A stretch of 47,464 nucleotides of DNA. It comes from Candidatus Parcubacteria bacterium. Lineage in GTDB: Bacteria > Patescibacteriota > Patescibacteriia > UBA9934 > GWF2-40-263. This document shows positions 17,016 through 25,396 of this stretch, one piece after another (position 1 is the first letter of the stretch; every line of letters begins with the position of its first letter). Made by a program: the position numbers and the translations under genes. Under the pieces are notes generated by a model. That model worked only from the letters and a program-made list of their open reading frames with translations. It did no database searches and was not told the DNA's origin. The DNA is taken from positions 1 to 47,464 of the forward strand of contig VGKU01000001.1 in the NCBI GenBank assembly GCA_016882235.1, in the 5' to 3' direction.

Positions 17016-18875
17016 ATGCCGATGGGAATCCATGAAATCCGAAGAAAATACCTCGATTTTTTTGTCTCTCGCGGCCACAAAGAGATCCCCGCCGCGTCGC
17101 TGATCCCAGAAAACGACCCGACGACGCTTTTCACCGGCTCGGGGATGCAGCCAATGGTTCCGTATCTGCTCGGCCAAACACACCCGCTTGGCAAGCGCAT
17201 TACGGATTCCCAAACCTGCTTCCGTTCGCAGGATATTGACGAAGTCGGCGATAACCGCCATACGACTTTTTTTGAGATGCTCGGCAACTGGTCGCTTGGC
17301 GATTACTTTAAGAAAGAGCAGATCCCATGGGTTTTTGCCTTTGTAACGGACGAACTTGGGCTTGATCCGTCGCGGTTGTATGTCACGGTTTTTGGCGGCA
17401 ACGAATCCCTCGGCATCCCGCGCGATGACGAAAGCGTGGAGCTCTGGAAACAGGCCTTTGCCTCCAAACACATAGACGCCAAAGAAAACGAGCGCATCTT
17501 TTTTTACGATGAGAAAAAAAATTGGTGGTCGCGCTCCGGCGTTCCTCTTAATATGCCCGAGGGCGAACCGGGCGGGCCGGATTCAGAGATGTTTTGGGAC
17601 TTTGGGGCTGACCGAACCTTGCATGAGAACTCCGTCTATCAGAACGAGCCCTGCCATGTCAACTGCGACTGTGGACGATTTTTGGAGATCGGCAACAGCG
17701 TGTTCATGGAATATCTGAAAACCAAGGATGGCTTTGCGGCATTGCCCAATAAAAATGTGGATTATGGCGGTGGGCTGGAACGGATGACCGCCGCCGCGAT
17801 GGACACCCCAGACATCTTCCTGATTGATGCGTTTGACCTGCCTCGGGCGACCCTTGAACGGCTCTCCGGCAAGCCCTACGATTCCCATTCCCCAAACGCC
17901 AAGGCATTTCGCGTGATCCTGGACCATTTGCGCGCCGCGACATTCCTTATCGCCAACGGCGTGATTCCATCCAATAAAGATCAAGGGTATTTCGTTCGGC
18001 GGCTTATCCGCCGCGCCGTGCGTTTTGGAAAGTCTCTTGGCATGAAAGAGGCGTTTTGCTCCTTGATCGCCGAGCAAACGGTCGCGACCTACCAAGAGCC
18101 GTATCCACATTTGCAACGGCAATCAGGAGATATCGTGCGCGAAATGGCGGCGGAAGAGAGCAAGTTCGTAAAAACGCTTTCTCATGGCGAAAAAGAGTTT
18201 GACAAAATGTTTTCGCAAAAAAATGCCATTTCCGGCGAGGACGCGTTCGTCCTGTATGCCACCTATGGATTTCCGCTAGAGCTCACCGAAGAAATCGCGG
18301 AAGAAAAAGGGCAAAAAGTTGATCGCGAAGCGTTCCAGGCGGAATTTAAAAAGCACCAAGAGCTTTCTCGCGCCGGCGCGACGGAAAAGTTTGCGGGAGG
18401 CCTTGCGGATCATAGTGAAGAAACGGTCAAATTGCACACAGCGACCCACATGCTCCACCAGGCACTTCGGACCGTGCTGGGCGACCATGTCTTCCAACGG
18501 GGCAGTAATATTACGCCCAAACGCTTGCGGTTTGATTTTTCACACCCGCTCAAGATGACCCCTGAAGAAATCAAGCGGGTGGAAGATCTCGTCAACGAAA
18601 ATATCCGTAAGGATCTTCCGGTCCATTTTGAAATCCTGGATCTTGCCGAAGCAAAACAACGGGGCGCGGTTGGAATTTTTGAAGACAAGTACGCGCAACT
18701 GGGCGGACAGATTAAGGTGTACTTTATCGGTGATGAGATTTCAGGGGAGTATTACAGCAAAGAGGTCTGCGGCGGACCGCATGTGGAACGCACCGGCAAA
18801 CTCGGCACACTGCGAATCACCAAAGAAGAGGCAGTTGCCGCCGGCGTAAGGCGTGTCAAAGCAGTGTTAGATTAG
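17016..18875 (+). CDS. alaS: Alanine--tRNA ligase, short form (no C-Ala domain)
   Basis: IRRKYLDFFVSRGHKEIPAASLIP...LFTGSGMQ is an AlaRS N-terminus. The editing-domain motifs HTATHMLH and CGGPHV are present. The protein ends after AAGVRRVKAV at 619 aa. Confidence 0.9.
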   Translation: MPMGIHEIRRKYLDFFVSRGHKEIPAASLIPENDPTTLFTGSGMQPMVPYLLGQTHPLGKRITDSQTCFRSQDIDEVGDNRHTTFFEMLGNWSLGDYFKKEQIPWVFAFVTDELGLDPSRLYVTVFGGNESLGIPRDDESVELWKQAFASKHIDAKENERIFFYDEKKNWWSRSGVPLNMPEGEPGGPDSEMFWDFGADRTLHENSVYQNEPCHVNCDCGRFLEIGNSVFMEYLKTKDGFAALPNKNVDYGGGLERMTAAAMDTPDIFLIDAFDLPRATLERLSGKPYDSHSPNAKAFRVILDHLRAATFLIANGVIPSNKDQGYFVRRLIRRAVRFGKSLGMKEAFCSLIAEQTVATYQEPYPHLQRQSGDIVREMAAEESKFVKTLSHGEKEFDKMFSQKNAISGEDAFVLYATYGFPLELTEEIAEEKGQKVDREAFQAEFKKHQELSRAGATEKFAGGLADHSEETVKLHTATHMLHQALRTVLGDHVFQRGSNITPKRLRFDFSHPLKMTPEEIKRVEDLVNENIRKDLPVHFEILDLAEAKQRGAVGIFEDKYAQLGGQIKVYFIGDEISGEYYSKEVCGGPHVERTGKLGTLRITKEEAVAAGVRRVKAVLD

Positions 18876-18900
18876 CCAAAATTTGTTTTATCCACATTCC

Positions 18901-18967
18901 TTGACAACGGCGCAGAGAATCCGTAAGATACCGGCGCCTTGCTTTCTTCGCTAAGTATTGCTAGAAT
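18901..18967 (+). promoter_or_regulatory. Two tandem promoter candidates upstream of infA
   Basis: P1 is TTGACA 18901-18906, 17 nt, TAAGAT 18924-18929. P2 is TTGCTT 18939-18944, 17 nt, TGcTAGAAT (the -10 at 18962-18967). Confidence 0.35.
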
Positions 18968-18991
18968 CGCGTCGTTACCTAAGTTGTCCAC

Positions 18992-19207
18992 ATGGGAACG
19001 AAGGATTTCATTGAGATGCGAGGTACGGTTGAGGAACTCCTCCCGTCCGCAAGCTTCAAAATTAAATTGGAAAACGGCCAGATCATTCACGCCCATCTCT
19101 CTGGCAAGATGCGGAAGTTTCGAATCCGCCTTTTGCCTGGTGACGAGGTGAAAGTGGAGATCAGTCCGTACGACCTGACCAAGGGTCGGGTCGTGTACCG
19201 GTTTTAG
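18992..19207 (+). CDS. infA: Translation initiation factor IF-1
   Basis: The 71-aa S1-like protein [60 protein letters not shown] is clearly IF-1. Confidence 0.93.
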   Translation: MGTKDFIEMRGTVEELLPSASFKIKLENGQIIHAHLSGKMRKFRIRLLPGDEVKVEISPYDLTKGRVVYRF

Positions 19208-19208
19208 G

Positions 19209-19370
19209 GACGTCTCCAAAACTCGCGATCTTTGCGCTCACGGGCACCTGCTGATCCAACGAACCCACCCGTTCCAGAGGGCTCGCGGAATCCAGAGTCT
19301 GTGTACGCAAATCTCATCGAGTTTTGAAGACGTCTCACAATCCACGTCATCGAAACTAATTTCGATGACG
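19209..19370 (+). promoter_or_regulatory. Structured infA-rpmJ spacer: long-range helix plus 11-bp hairpin
   Basis: 19209-19225 pairs with 19318-19334 at 16 of 17 positions, enclosing 92 nt. A hairpin at 19345-19355/19360-19370 has loop CTAA and is followed by TTCTCTGTT and the rpmJ ATG. Confidence 0.4.
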
Positions 19371-19379
19371 TTCTCTGTT

Positions 19380-19493
19380 ATGAAAGTGCGTGCGTCCGCA
19401 AAAAAAATGTGTCGCGATTGCCAAGTGACGCGCCGAAAAGGTCGCGTCGTTGTCATTTGCAAGAATCCTAAGCATAAACAGCGCCAAGGTTAA
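19380..19493 (+). CDS. rpmJ: 50S ribosomal protein L36
   Basis: It is not in the ORF track because it is too short. My own translation is [37 protein letters not shown], followed by TAA. It has the classic L36 Zn-ribbon pattern and position. Confidence 0.9.
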   Translation: MKVRASAKKMCRDCQVTRRKGRVVVICKNPKHKQRQG

Positions 19494-19494
19494 T

Positions 19495-19884
19495 ATGGCA
19501 AGAATTGCTGGAGTCAACATCCCGTCCGACAAGCGCATCGTCATCGCCCTGACCTACATTTATGGTGTGGGCGACGCCACGTCGCATCGCGTGCTTAAGC
19601 AAGCAGGAGTGGCCGAACAGATCCGTACGAAAGATCTCACGGACGATCAGATCAAAGCGATCCGTAACGCGCTTGAGACGCCAGATCGTCGACTGGAAGG
19701 CGACCTGCGTCGTGATATCATCTCCAACATCAAGCGCCTGAAGGAGATCGGGAGCTACCGCGGTTCGCGCCATATCAAGCGCCTACCCGCGCGGGGACAA
19801 CGGACGAAAACGAATTCCCGTACCGTGCGTGGCAATGTACGCCGCACGACCACCAGCGGACGACGCGTGTTGACGAAAACCTAA
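19495..19884 (+). CDS. rpsM: 30S ribosomal protein S13
   Basis: [26 protein letters not shown] is an S13 N-terminus. The ATG lies 1 nt after the rpmJ stop. Confidence 0.95.
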   Translation: MARIAGVNIPSDKRIVIALTYIYGVGDATSHRVLKQAGVAEQIRTKDLTDDQIKAIRNALETPDRRLEGDLRRDIISNIKRLKEIGSYRGSRHIKRLPARGQRTKTNSRTVRGNVRRTTTSGRRVLTKT

Positions 19885-19885
19885 T

Positions 19886-20275
19886 ATGGCCGTAACCACC
19901 AAATCCAAAAAGAAAAAAGTCGCGCGGCAGGTCTCCCAAGGCCGTGCGTATATCCAAGCCACGTTCAATAATACGATCGTGACGCTTACGGATTTGAACG
20001 GCAACACCATCGCTTGGTCAAGCGCGGGCCACTGCGGGTTTAAGGGACCAAAGAAAGCCACTCCGTTTGCGGCCAGTGTGATTATCAAAGATGTTGCCGA
20101 GCAGGCAAAGGAAACGGGCCTCAAGGAGGTGAGTGTGTTCGTCAAAGGCGTGGGATCCGGTCGTGACAGCGCCATTCGCGCGCTCAACGCCAATGGATTT
20201 AGCGTGCTTGGCATCAAGGATACGACTCCGCTCCCGCATAACGGCTGCCGGCCGCCTAAACCGCGCCGCGTGTAA
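19886..20275 (+). CDS. rpsK: 30S ribosomal protein S11
   Basis: GRAYIQATFNNTIVTLTDLNGNTIAWSSAG...KGPKKATPFAA matches S11. Confidence 0.95.
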   Translation: MAVTTKSKKKKVARQVSQGRAYIQATFNNTIVTLTDLNGNTIAWSSAGHCGFKGPKKATPFAASVIIKDVAEQAKETGLKEVSVFVKGVGSGRDSAIRALNANGFSVLGIKDTTPLPHNGCRPPKPRRV

Positions 20276-20276
20276 T

Positions 20277-20891
20277 ATGGCTACAGACCGAACCCCCATT
20301 GTCAAACGGTCGCGACGCCTCGGTGTCGTGCTCGGAAAAGAAAAATACGCCCGCCGTCGCACCTATCCGCCTGGCATCCACGGCCCCAAGCAAGCTCGTT
20401 CGCGAGCCCGGATGTCTTCGTATGGCGAACAGTTGCAGGAAAAACAAAAAGCCAAGGCGCTGTACGGCGTGCTGGAAAGGCAGCTGCACCGCCATTTTGA
20501 GCGGGCGGCGCGCCAAAAAGGCAACACGGCTATCGTGTTTGTGCAGGAGTTGGAACGCCGTCTGGATAATGTCATTTTCCGCCTTGGGTTTGCGAAAACC
20601 CGCCGACAAGCGCGGCAGGTGGTAAGCCATGGGTTCATTTTCATCAACGGTTCGCTCGTGAATATTCCCTCGTATCGCGTACAGATTAACGATACGGTAA
20701 CCGTGAAGGAAACGAAAAAGGAAAAAGGGATTGCCAAACAGATGGCGGAACTTGTCAAACAGAATAAAACGCCTGCCTGGCTGACCCTTGATGAGGCAAC
20801 GCTGACCGGCAAGATGATCGGTTTGCCAGAGGGCGCGGAACTGGACGCCATTTTTGACCCGACACTCATCGTTGAATTCTATTCCCGTTAA
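20277..20891 (+). CDS. rpsD: 30S ribosomal protein S4
   Basis: The internal ATG at 20277 lies 1 nt after the rpsK stop. SSYGEQLQEKQKAKALYGVLERQ and an S4 RNA-binding domain are present. Confidence 0.95.
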   Translation: MATDRTPIVKRSRRLGVVLGKEKYARRRTYPPGIHGPKQARSRARMSSYGEQLQEKQKAKALYGVLERQLHRHFERAARQKGNTAIVFVQELERRLDNVIFRLGFAKTRRQARQVVSHGFIFINGSLVNIPSYRVQINDTVTVKETKKEKGIAKQMAELVKQNKTPAWLTLDEATLTGKMIGLPEGAELDAIFDPTLIVEFYSR

Positions 20892-20909
20892 TTTTTAAGG
20901 AGGAGATGT

Positions 20910-21629
20910 ATGGAAAATATTTTGCTTCCATCAGGCATTGTCTACGAGCCAGGACAGCTCCCTCACGAGGGCATCTTGGTCGTGGAACCCTGTTTCCATG
21001 GGTACGGTACGACGCTTGGAAACGCCTTGCGGCGCGTGTTGCTTTCGTCGTTGCCCGGCGCAGCCGTCACGGCCGTGAAAATCAAAGGCGTCAGTCATGA
21101 GTTTCAAGCGATTGAAAACGTGAAAGAGGATGCGCTGGAGATTATTCTCAACCTGAAAGCCCTGCGCGTGCGCGTATTTTCCGATGAACCAGTGACGTTG
21201 ACGCTCTCCGTATCCGGTGAGCGCGAGGTGACAGCTGCCGATTTTGCGCCCAACGCAGACGTGGAAATCGTCAATCCGGAATTGCGCCTTGCCACACTGA
21301 CGGACGGTTCCGCCAAAATGGACATGGAGATTACGGTTCGCAAAGGCCGTGGGTACAGCTCGACCGAGGAACGCGGTTCCGAATCATCCGATCTCGGGAC
21401 GATCGCCATTGACGCGCTGTTTTCGCCCGTGCGCAACGTCGGGTACCGCGTGGAGAATACACGCGTCGGGGAGATCACCAACTATGACAAGCTGATCATG
21501 ACGATTGAAACGGACGGGACGATCACGGCGCAAGAAGCTGTGGAGCAGTCCGCACGATTGTTGATCGAACATCTGAACCTGCTTGCCGGAACATCAAAAG
21601 AAGCATTGGACGAGCCGATTTCCGAGTAA
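20910..21629 (+). CDS. rpoA: DNA-directed RNA polymerase subunit alpha, N-terminal domain only (239 aa)
   Basis: The SD AAGGAGG lies upstream. GYGTTLGNALRRVLLSSLPGAAVTAVKI is the alpha-NTD signature. The ORF stops at 239 aa and rplQ starts 40 nt later. Confidence 0.9.
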   Translation: MENILLPSGIVYEPGQLPHEGILVVEPCFHGYGTTLGNALRRVLLSSLPGAAVTAVKIKGVSHEFQAIENVKEDALEIILNLKALRVRVFSDEPVTLTLSVSGEREVTAADFAPNADVEIVNPELRLATLTDGSAKMDMEITVRKGRGYSSTEERGSESSDLGTIAIDALFSPVRNVGYRVENTRVGEITNYDKLIMTIETDGTITAQEAVEQSARLLIEHLNLLAGTSKEALDEPISE

Positions 21630-21668
21630 CCAGTAAGCGGGGGCTGCTGGAAACCATTTCTCCTACCT

Positions 21669-22019
21669 ATGAGGCATCGCAAGACAACCGTGAAGTTAAA
21701 CCGGCCGCCGGCCCACAAGCGGTCCATGTTGGCGAATCTCGCGACCAGCGTTATTTTGCATGAAAAGGTGCAGACGACGCAGGCAAAGGCCCAAGCGGTG
21801 CGCCGTTTGGTGGAGCGGGCGATTACCACTGGCAAAAAGCCGACGCTCGCCAGTCGTCGCAAGCTCTTAGCGGAATTCTCAACGGAGCATCCGGTGAAAA
21901 AAATTCTGGAGGTTCTCTCGCCACGCTATACCTCGCGTCCGGGCGGATATACACGCATCGTGAAACTACGGACACGGCAGGGGGATGGGGCAGAGATGGT
22001 GAGAATTGAACTTGTCTAA
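21669..22019 (+). CDS. rplQ: 50S ribosomal protein L17
   Basis: MRHRKTTVKLNRPPAHKRSMLANLATSVILHEKVQTT matches L17. Confidence 0.93.
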   Translation: MRHRKTTVKLNRPPAHKRSMLANLATSVILHEKVQTTQAKAQAVRRLVERAITTGKKPTLASRRKLLAEFSTEHPVKKILEVLSPRYTSRPGGYTRIVKLRTRQGDGAEMVRIELV

Positions 22020-22115
22020 CATCTCCAAGGTGGCTGTTCGTCTCACGGACACCACCGACCCCTCTTACCTCCGTTTCCAGGTGCTCCTGGGGAGAGGGTT
22101 CCATGAACTGATCTT

Positions 22116-22475
22116 ATGAAAACCATTGACCGCGATATCCACACGATTGATGCGACGGGCAAAACGCCCGGGCGACTCGCTACCGCGATCGCCCGCCTTT
22201 TGATTGGCAAGCACCGGCCTTCGTACGCCCCCAATGTGGACGGCGGCGACCATGTGCAGATCACCAACGCAGCCAAGATGCGTTTGACCGGAAAAAAACT
22301 GGAACAAAAGGTCTACTATCGCCATACGGAATATGCCAATGGGTTGAAGACCCAAACGATGAGATCCGTCTGGACGAAAGATCCGGCAGATGTCCTGCGG
22401 CGCGCGGTCTCACGCATGTTGCCCAAGAATAAACTGCGTGCGGAGCGAATGAAACGGCTGGTTGTGAAGAACTAG
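22116..22475 (+). CDS. rplM: 50S ribosomal protein L13 (short, 119 aa)
   Basis: IDATGKTPGRLATAIARLLIGKHRPSYAPNVDGGDHVQITNA matches L13. Confidence 0.93.
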   Translation: MKTIDRDIHTIDATGKTPGRLATAIARLLIGKHRPSYAPNVDGGDHVQITNAAKMRLTGKKLEQKVYYRHTEYANGLKTQTMRSVWTKDPADVLRRAVSRMLPKNKLRAERMKRLVVKN

Positions 22476-22476
22476 T

Positions 22477-22881
22477 ATGAACGAAGCAAAGACACAATTT
22501 ATTGAAACGGTCGGTCGGCGGAAGGCCGCTGTCGCGCGCGTGCGGCTTCATCACGGCGGCTCTGGCAAAGTGACCATCAACGATCGGGCGTTTGAGGCCT
22601 ACCTGCCGGTTGCCATCTTACAGAAAAGCGTCCTCTCGCCGTTTGAGCAGACCGGCACGCAAGGAATTTTTGACGTCACGGTGCATGTGCAAGGCGGCGG
22701 CATCCGCGGGCAGGCGGACGCGGTACGGCTTGGGATTGCAAGAGCGTTGGTGGATTTCAATCCTGAATATCGAACCAGTTTGAAAAAGCTCGGATTCCTG
22801 AGCCGCGACGCGCGCGTAAGGGAACGGAAGAAGTTCGGCAGGAAGTCGGCTCGCCGCTCGCCGCAGTGGAGTAAACGGTAA
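22477..22881 (+). CDS. rpsI: 30S ribosomal protein S9
   Basis: GRRKAAVARVRL is present. The C-terminus KFGRKSARRSPQWSKR is typical of S9. Confidence 0.95.
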   Translation: MNEAKTQFIETVGRRKAAVARVRLHHGGSGKVTINDRAFEAYLPVAILQKSVLSPFEQTGTQGIFDVTVHVQGGGIRGQADAVRLGIARALVDFNPEYRTSLKKLGFLSRDARVRERKKFGRKSARRSPQWSKR

Positions 22882-22884
22882 GAC

Positions 22885-22917
22885 AAATAGGCGTTTACAG
22901 AACGCCTATTTTTGTTT
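22885..22917 (+). terminator. Rho-independent terminator after rpsI
   Basis: The stem AAATAGGCGTT (22885-22895) pairs with AACGCCTATTT (22901-22911) around loop TACAG. TTGTTT follows. Confidence 0.7.
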
Positions 22918-22922
22918 ACGAT
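22894..22922 (+). promoter_or_regulatory. Promoter candidate TTTACA-17-TACGAT for the glycan cluster
   Basis: TTTACA 22894-22899 sits inside the terminator loop region. A 17-nt spacer and TACGAT 22917-22922 follow. GTG 22932 lies 9 nt after the -10. Confidence 0.3.
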
Positions 22923-22931
22923 GAGCGCATT

Positions 22932-24365
22932 GTGAGCACAGATCTCGCCAGAAATACCCTGTATTTGACCGTCGCTTCCGTCGGACAAAAACTGATCGCG
23001 TTTGTCTATTTTTTGTTTCTGGCGCGGGTGATGGAACCGGAGTTGACCGGCCTGTACTTCCTTGCCATTTCCATCGCCATGATTTTTTCTGTGCTGGCAG
23101 ATTTTGGCATCACGCCCGTCACCATCCGAGAAATCGCCGCGCATCCGGAACAAACACACACCCTGTTCCGCCGAGCGCTCGCCGTCAAAATCCCGCTCCT
23201 TCTCATTGGCTACCTCTTGACGATCCTCTGCGTTCCCGTGCTCGGCTACAGCCGCGAACTCCTCCCCTTGGTCGCTCTCTCCGGCCTCTCACTCGTTTTG
23301 GATTCCATCCACTTGTTGTTTTACGGCGTTCTGCGCGGCCACCAACAGCTTCAGTTTGAAGCGATCGGAATGTTTTGTGGACAGGTGATCGTTGTGATGA
23401 TCGGTGGCGCAGCGCTCTTTTTTTATCCCTCTATTCCGTTGCTCCTTACCGCACTCGTTTCTGGCAGTGCGTTCAATGTGTTCGTGTCTGCCACCACGGT
23501 TGTGAAACGGTTTGGCTGGCAGATGCTTGTGCCGGACGCTGAACGCACGTTTAGCATGCGCCTGATCCACATGGCGTTCCCGTTTGCACTTTCCGCCATC
23601 TTTGTCAAAGTGTATTCCTACATCGACACCGTCTTCATTTCAAAATTTCTTACGACCTCCGCTGTCGGACTCTATAGCGTCGCCTACAAGCTCACCTACG
23701 CATTCCAATTTATCCCGCTGTCCTTTACCGCCGCGCTGTATCCAAACTTCAGCGCGATGCTTCAACGCGAGCCCGCGGCAGCTGCTTCGCTCCTGCGCCG
23801 AGCGCTCTGGTACATGCTCATCGTTTCTACCCCCATCACGCTGGGCCTCTGGCTGATTGCCGAACCACTCGTCCTGCTTGCGGGCGCATCCTATGCGCCG
23901 TCCGCGCCCGTGCTCGCCGTGCTCGTGTTTGTGCTCATTCCGATCTTTCTGGATTTTCCGATCGGTTCGCTGCTGAATGCCGCGGGCCGACAGGCGACGA
24001 AAACAGCGATCATGGGGGCAACGATGGTCGTCAATGTCCTCTTCAACATCTTGCTGATTCCGCGTATCGGCGTTCTGGGCGCCGCCTATGCCGCGCTTGC
24101 TAGTTTTCTGTTTATGTTTCTTGCCGGATTGTGGGCCGTGCGTGGCCTTGTTCCCTCATTCAGCTTCACCGCGTTCCTGCGCGACCTGTCGTGGATCCTG
24201 TTGAGCGGCGGCGTCATGGCGGCAATCGGACGCCTTGCGTTGCCCGCCATCGGTTGGATCGCCGTGATTCCGCTGTGCGCGCTGGTCTATGGTCTCGCGC
24301 TTGTTGCCACCCGTTCGTTTACGAAAGCGGACTGGGTGAAAGTCCGGTCGCTCACGCGCGTATGA
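22932..24365 (+). CDS. Wzx-like polysaccharide/oligosaccharide flippase (MOP superfamily)
   Basis: 477 aa with about 12-14 TM segments. The N-terminus LTVASVGQKLIAFVYFLFLAR is typical of PST/Wzx flippases. The start is GTG. Confidence 0.72.
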   Translation: MSTDLARNTLYLTVASVGQKLIAFVYFLFLARVMEPELTGLYFLAISIAMIFSVLADFGITPVTIREIAAHPEQTHTLFRRALAVKIPLLLIGYLLTILCVPVLGYSRELLPLVALSGLSLVLDSIHLLFYGVLRGHQQLQFEAIGMFCGQVIVVMIGGAALFFYPSIPLLLTALVSGSAFNVFVSATTVVKRFGWQMLVPDAERTFSMRLIHMAFPFALSAIFVKVYSYIDTVFISKFLTTSAVGLYSVAYKLTYAFQFIPLSFTAALYPNFSAMLQREPAAAASLLRRALWYMLIVSTPITLGLWLIAEPLVLLAGASYAPSAPVLAVLVFVLIPIFLDFPIGSLLNAAGRQATKTAIMGATMVVNVLFNILLIPRIGVLGAAYAALASFLFMFLAGLWAVRGLVPSFSFTAFLRDLSWILLSGGVMAAIGRLALPAIGWIAVIPLCALVYGLALVATRSFTKADWVKVRSLTRV

Positions 24366-25396
24366 ACCGTTTGCTTCTGGTGACGCTTGACTATCCGCCC
24401 AATCGCGGAGGCGTCGCACGCTACCTCGGGCGGTTGGCGGAGTTTCTGGGCGATCGTCTGCAGGTCGCCTCCTCGCCGAGCGATCTGCTTGGCACTGTTT
24501 GGCCATCCTGGATGAAGAGTGTCCGCTTGTTGATCCGCCGGCGGGGTGAGTATGACATCGCGCTCGTGAGCCATCTCCTCCCGCTTGGAACAGCGGCGAT
24601 GGTGGCTGGATGGATCACAAAAAAACCCTACATCGTGATTGTGCACGGCATGGATGTGCGATTGGCGTCACGCAACGGATGGAAACGCGTGCTTGCCGGT
24701 CGTATTCTCCAAGGGGCGCGTGTGGTCGTTGCCAATTCCAGCGCCCTTGCACGGGAAGTTACCGCGCGCTTCGCCGCGTCGTCGGTCGTGGTGTATCCGT
24801 GTGTGGAGAACATTGAGACATCTCTTCAAACGCCAAGACGTGAGCCGCACACCTTTGGGATTCTCACCGTCGGCCGGCTGGTTGCGCGCAAGGGCCATCT
24901 CAGCGTGCTCAGAGCGCTTGCACGGCTCAAGCAGGAGGGAAGGATCGGAGCGTTTCGATATGACATCGTTGGCGATGGCCCTCTGCGCGCGGAGATCCTC
25001 CAAACCGCCGATCAACTCGGTGTAAACGAAGTCATGGTCCATGCGGATACGTCTGATGAAACACTCGCAGAATTTTATGCCGGTGCCGACCTGTTCGTGA
25101 TGCCCGTGCTGGACGATCCCATTGACAAAGAAGGATTCGGCCTTGTGTTTCTGGAAGCAGCGGCCTACGGTGTGCCTTCCGTGGCGTCACGGATAGAAGG
25201 CGTGGACGAAGCGGTCTTAGATGGACAAACCGGCCTCCTGGTCAAACCCGGGGATGTGGCGGAACTCGCCAATGCCCTCGCGCGGCTCGTGGCAGACGCG
25301 GCGTTTCGCGAGCGACTGGGACTGCACGCGCGGATGCGCACGAAGGAGGAGTTCACCTGCGCTGTTCAATGCAAAAAATTAGTGCCCTACCTGTGA
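24362..25396 (+). CDS. Family 4 (GT-B) glycosyltransferase
   Basis: The ATG at 24362 overlaps the flippase stop (ATGA). The E-x7-E region EGFGLVFLEAAAYGVPSVAS is present. Confidence 0.85.
   Translation: MNRLLLVTLDYPPNRGGVARYLGRLAEFLGDRLQVASSPSDLLGTVWPSWMKSVRLLIRRRGEYDIALVSHLLPLGTAAMVAGWITKKPYIVIVHGMDVRLASRNGWKRVLAGRILQGARVVVANSSALAREVTARFAASSVVVYPCVENIETSLQTPRREPHTFGILTVGRLVARKGHLSVLRALARLKQEGRIGAFRYDIVGDGPLRAEILQTADQLGVNEVMVHADTSDETLAEFYAGADLFVMPVLDDPIDKEGFGLVFLEAAAYGVPSVASRIEGVDEAVLDGQTGLLVKPGDVAELANALARLVADAAFRERLGLHARMRTKEEFTCAVQCKKLVPYL

Noticed and set aside
18888-18896. Perfect DnaA-box consensus TTATCCACA upstream of the infA promoters (possible oriC)
   Set aside because: It is a single box with no cluster. 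I see no AT-rich unwinding element and no dnaA, dnaN or gidA context. One 9-mer match in 47 kb on two strands is compatible with chance.
22060-22098. Imperfect hairpin in the 96-nt rplQ-rplM spacer (CTCC-GTTT-CCAGG-TGCT-CCTGG-GGAG), possible L13 leader or terminator
   Set aside because: The stem is short and bulged, there is no U-tract, and I cannot match it to the known L13 leader from memory. It is too weak to call without covariance-model scanning.
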